Source: Candidatus Moanibacter sp. (GTDB lineage: Bacteria > Verrucomicrobiota > Verrucomicrobiia > Opitutales > UBA2987). Taken from it: a DNA stretch of 17,093 bases. Below the pieces are notes generated by a model. That model worked only from the letters and a program-made list of their open reading frames with translations. It made no database searches and was not told the DNA's origin. Below are positions 15,159-17,093 of the stretch, piece after piece (within the stretch, counting starts at the first letter, position 1; each line of letters opens with the position of its first letter). The stretch covers positions 1 to 17,093 of the forward strand of contig CBDCEW010000010.1 of the NCBI GenBank assembly GCA_965215885.1. Reading direction: 5' to 3'. The translations under genes were made by a program, and so were the position numbers.

Positions 15159-16541
15159 ATGAAAGACAAAAAATCTTACCAACTGAATCCTTCGATAGAT
15201 CGTTTAACTCTGCGTCTGGTCCTGCCCGAAGAGCAGGAGCGATTCAATGATCTATTGAAACAACATCATTATTTACACAGTGCGGGCAGCGCAGGAGAGA
15301 CCCTGCGCTATGTGGCGCAGATCGACGGGCAATGGATGGGCCTGCTCTTGTGGGGGGCCGCATCCTACCGGCTGAAGGATCGAGACGAATGGATCGGGAG
15401 GGACGGGGCGCAACGGCATGCACGATTGAAACTGGTAGTACAGAACCGGCGTTTTCTGATTTTGCCCGGGGTGGATCTTGCAAATTTGGCCTCCAAGACG
15501 TTGGGTATGTGCCTGAGAGTCTTAGCCGATCACTGGCAGGAGGCTTTTGGCTATCGTCCCTTAGTAGCGGAAACGTTCGTGGACCCACAGATTCACCGGG
15601 GCACTTGCTACGAAGCGAGCGGGTGGACGCCCTTGGGCTTGAGCGCGGGATATGGCCGCCAACGCGAAGATTTCTATCAACGCCATGAGCGTCCCAAGCA
15701 GATCTGGGTCAAACCCCTCAAGGCTAATGCCCTTGAGCTTTTGCGCGCTTCAGGGCCATTGCCCGCGGCACAGAGCCAGGCGCTCAATGAAACCGATAAC
15801 TCCCATGCGGTCTGCCTCAAAGTGGAACAGATGAGCAGCCTGTGGGAACGCTTCAATCAGATAGAAGACTTCCGTCGTAAAGCGGGCCTTAGATATCGGC
15901 TCGCCACGGTCCTGAGCATGATTGTGCTCGGCACGATGTGCGGCAAACAGACCCTCAAGGGCATCGTGCGCCTGGCCCATCATCTCAATCAAGCCCAATT
16001 GCGCGCCTTACGCTCCTGGAAAAACCCCAAAACAGGCCGCTATAAGGCCCCTTGCTATGATGTCTTCTATCGGGTCTTGCAAAACGTAAAGGCCGAGCTC
16101 TTCGATAAAACCCTCACCGAATTCATCTGCTTACAAGACGGCTGTTTGCCCCGCGATATTGCCGTCGACGGCAAGACCCTCAAAGGCACAAACACCGAAG
16201 AATCAAAGGCTCTGCACCTGGTGGCCGCAGTCGATCACCAAAGCGCTCAAACCTTAGCCCAAGTCGCTACCGCCGATAAATCCAACGCGATCACCGCCGC
16301 CCAGACTCTCTTGCGAAAGATGCCCATTTTGGACGGCTCCACCTTCACCTTCGACGCCATGCATAATCAAAAAGAAACTGCCCACATCGTCGTCGAAGAA
16401 CTCAGTGCTGACTATGTTATTCAAATTAAAGACAATCAGCCCAACATGCATCAATACGCTCAGAATCTCTTCAGCTCCACCCCCTTTTTCTCCACCAAAC
16501 CGTGGACAATGACCATGGGCGACTCGAAATACGTCAAATAG
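15159..16541 (+). CDS. ISAs1-family transposase, N-terminal part, with DUF4338 (DruA-like) domain
   Basis: N-terminal HHYL...GETLRYVA, RFLILP, NLASK, ETFVDP..HRGTCYEASGW. Then ISAs1 motifs DFRRKAGLRY, IAVDGKTLKG, LHLVAA, TFDAMHNQ, DYVIQIKDNQP. Confidence 0.9.
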   Translation: MKDKKSYQLNPSIDRLTLRLVLPEEQERFNDLLKQHHYLHSAGSAGETLRYVAQIDGQWMGLLLWGAASYRLKDRDEWIGRDGAQRHARLKLVVQNRRFLILPGVDLANLASKTLGMCLRVLADHWQEAFGYRPLVAETFVDPQIHRGTCYEASGWTPLGLSAGYGRQREDFYQRHERPKQIWVKPLKANALELLRASGPLPAAQSQALNETDNSHAVCLKVEQMSSLWERFNQIEDFRRKAGLRYRLATVLSMIVLGTMCGKQTLKGIVRLAHHLNQAQLRALRSWKNPKTGRYKAPCYDVFYRVLQNVKAELFDKTLTEFICLQDGCLPRDIAVDGKTLKGTNTEESKALHLVAAVDHQSAQTLAQVATADKSNAITAAQTLLRKMPILDGSTFTFDAMHNQKETAHIVVEELSADYVIQIKDNQPNMHQYAQNLFSSTPFFSTKPWTMTMGDSKYVK

Positions 16542-16933
16542 CAACCCATTCTCTAAGCGCTCCCTCTGCCGGCCTGCCCCATGCCCGCCAGTTCGCCTGT
16601 GTGCAACGCACCTTCCATTATCCAAACAAAGCTGAACCTTCCTCTGAACGCTCTTACTACGTAAGCAGTCTCGATCCCGCCGATTTGAGCCCTCAACAGT
16701 TCCTCTCGAAAATTCGCAACCATTGGTCGATCGAAAATAAAAATCATTACCCCAGGGATCGCTTCTTCGATGAAGATCGATGTATGATCCGTAATCATAA
16801 CGCAGCCAGAATTCTTGCTGCATGCAGGCAACTGGTTCTCAGCCTCAAGTCTTCCATGGGCGCTGAATCCACTCCCGCACTCTGTGATGATTTCGTCTTT
16901 AACTTACATAAGGCCATCAATATCATCACCTAA
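16502..16933 (+). CDS. ISAs1-family transposase, C-terminal part (-1 frame)
   Basis: HGRLEIR and IRNHWSIENKNHYPRDRFFDED motifs. Joined to the upstream ORF by a -1 shift at CCCCCTTTTT (16480-16489). Confidence 0.88.
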   Translation: MDNDHGRLEIRQIATHSLSAPSAGLPHARQFACVQRTFHYPNKAEPSSERSYYVSSLDPADLSPQQFLSKIRNHWSIENKNHYPRDRFFDEDRCMIRNHNAARILAACRQLVLSLKSSMGAESTPALCDDFVFNLHKAINIIT

Positions 16934-17036
16934 TGCTCCGAGAATCAAAATACCGTGGAATGGGGGGCAACCCTCCCCGATCCCGCTCAACGGGACACAC
17001 CTCCAAGGAGGAGATTTCCCAACGGTAAAGCAGAAT

Positions 17037-17056
17037 GTAGGACCGCGCTTGCGCGG
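17037..17056 (+). repeat. Solo GTAG-type REP-like palindrome
   Basis: GTAG-GA-CCGCGC-TT-GCGCGG. Confidence 0.4.
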
Positions 17057-17093
17057 GATGAACTAGGTTTGAATTTCGATCGGTGATTATCCT

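Larger units (their letters stand above)
15064..16957 (+). mobile_element. ISAs1-family insertion sequence with DUF4338-fused transposase
   Basis: IRL CAGGGTAAAAGGATTC (15064-15079) versus reverse complement of IRR CACGGTATTTTGATTC (16942-16957), 11/16. CAGGG start is typical of ISAs1. No flanking direct repeat found. Confidence 0.75.

Noticed and set aside
15159..16933. Druantia anti-phage system suggested by the DruA-like domain
   Set aside because: The domain is fused to an ISAs1 transposase inside IS ends, and no DruE-like helicase or other Dru genes are in the window.

Overview
Bacterial accessory region dense in mobile DNA. Three insertion sequences cover about 6.5 kb. (1) A ~3.04 kb element (1660-4697) with ~64-bp imperfect terminal inverted repeats. 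Its helper ORF and Mutator/IS256-like DDE transposase are joined by an A9 slippery run, and I cannot assign it to a named IS family. (2) An IS4-family element (10213-11816) inserted into the centre of a GTAG-type REP palindrome with a 9-bp target duplication; it carries a divergent, nonsense-interrupted AbrB/MazE-like mini-gene missing from the ORF track. (3) An ISAs1-family element (15064-16957) whose transposase has an N-terminal DUF4338/DruA-like domain and a C5T5 frameshift. Intergenic spaces hold several sequence-distinct GTAG REP doublets, a CGTC-type palindrome and a 190-bp MITE. Host genes are an S26-type peptidase, a Gfo/Idh/MocA oxidoreductase, two PhyH-family dioxygenases (one frameshifted), a Phd-VapC toxin-antitoxin pair, an FAD-oxidoreductase/BNR-sialidase fusion, an LLM-class oxidoreductase, a 405-aa orphan and the start of a probable lipoprotein. 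No rRNA, tRNA or CRISPR array was seen. All family calls come from motif recognition by eye, not database searches.
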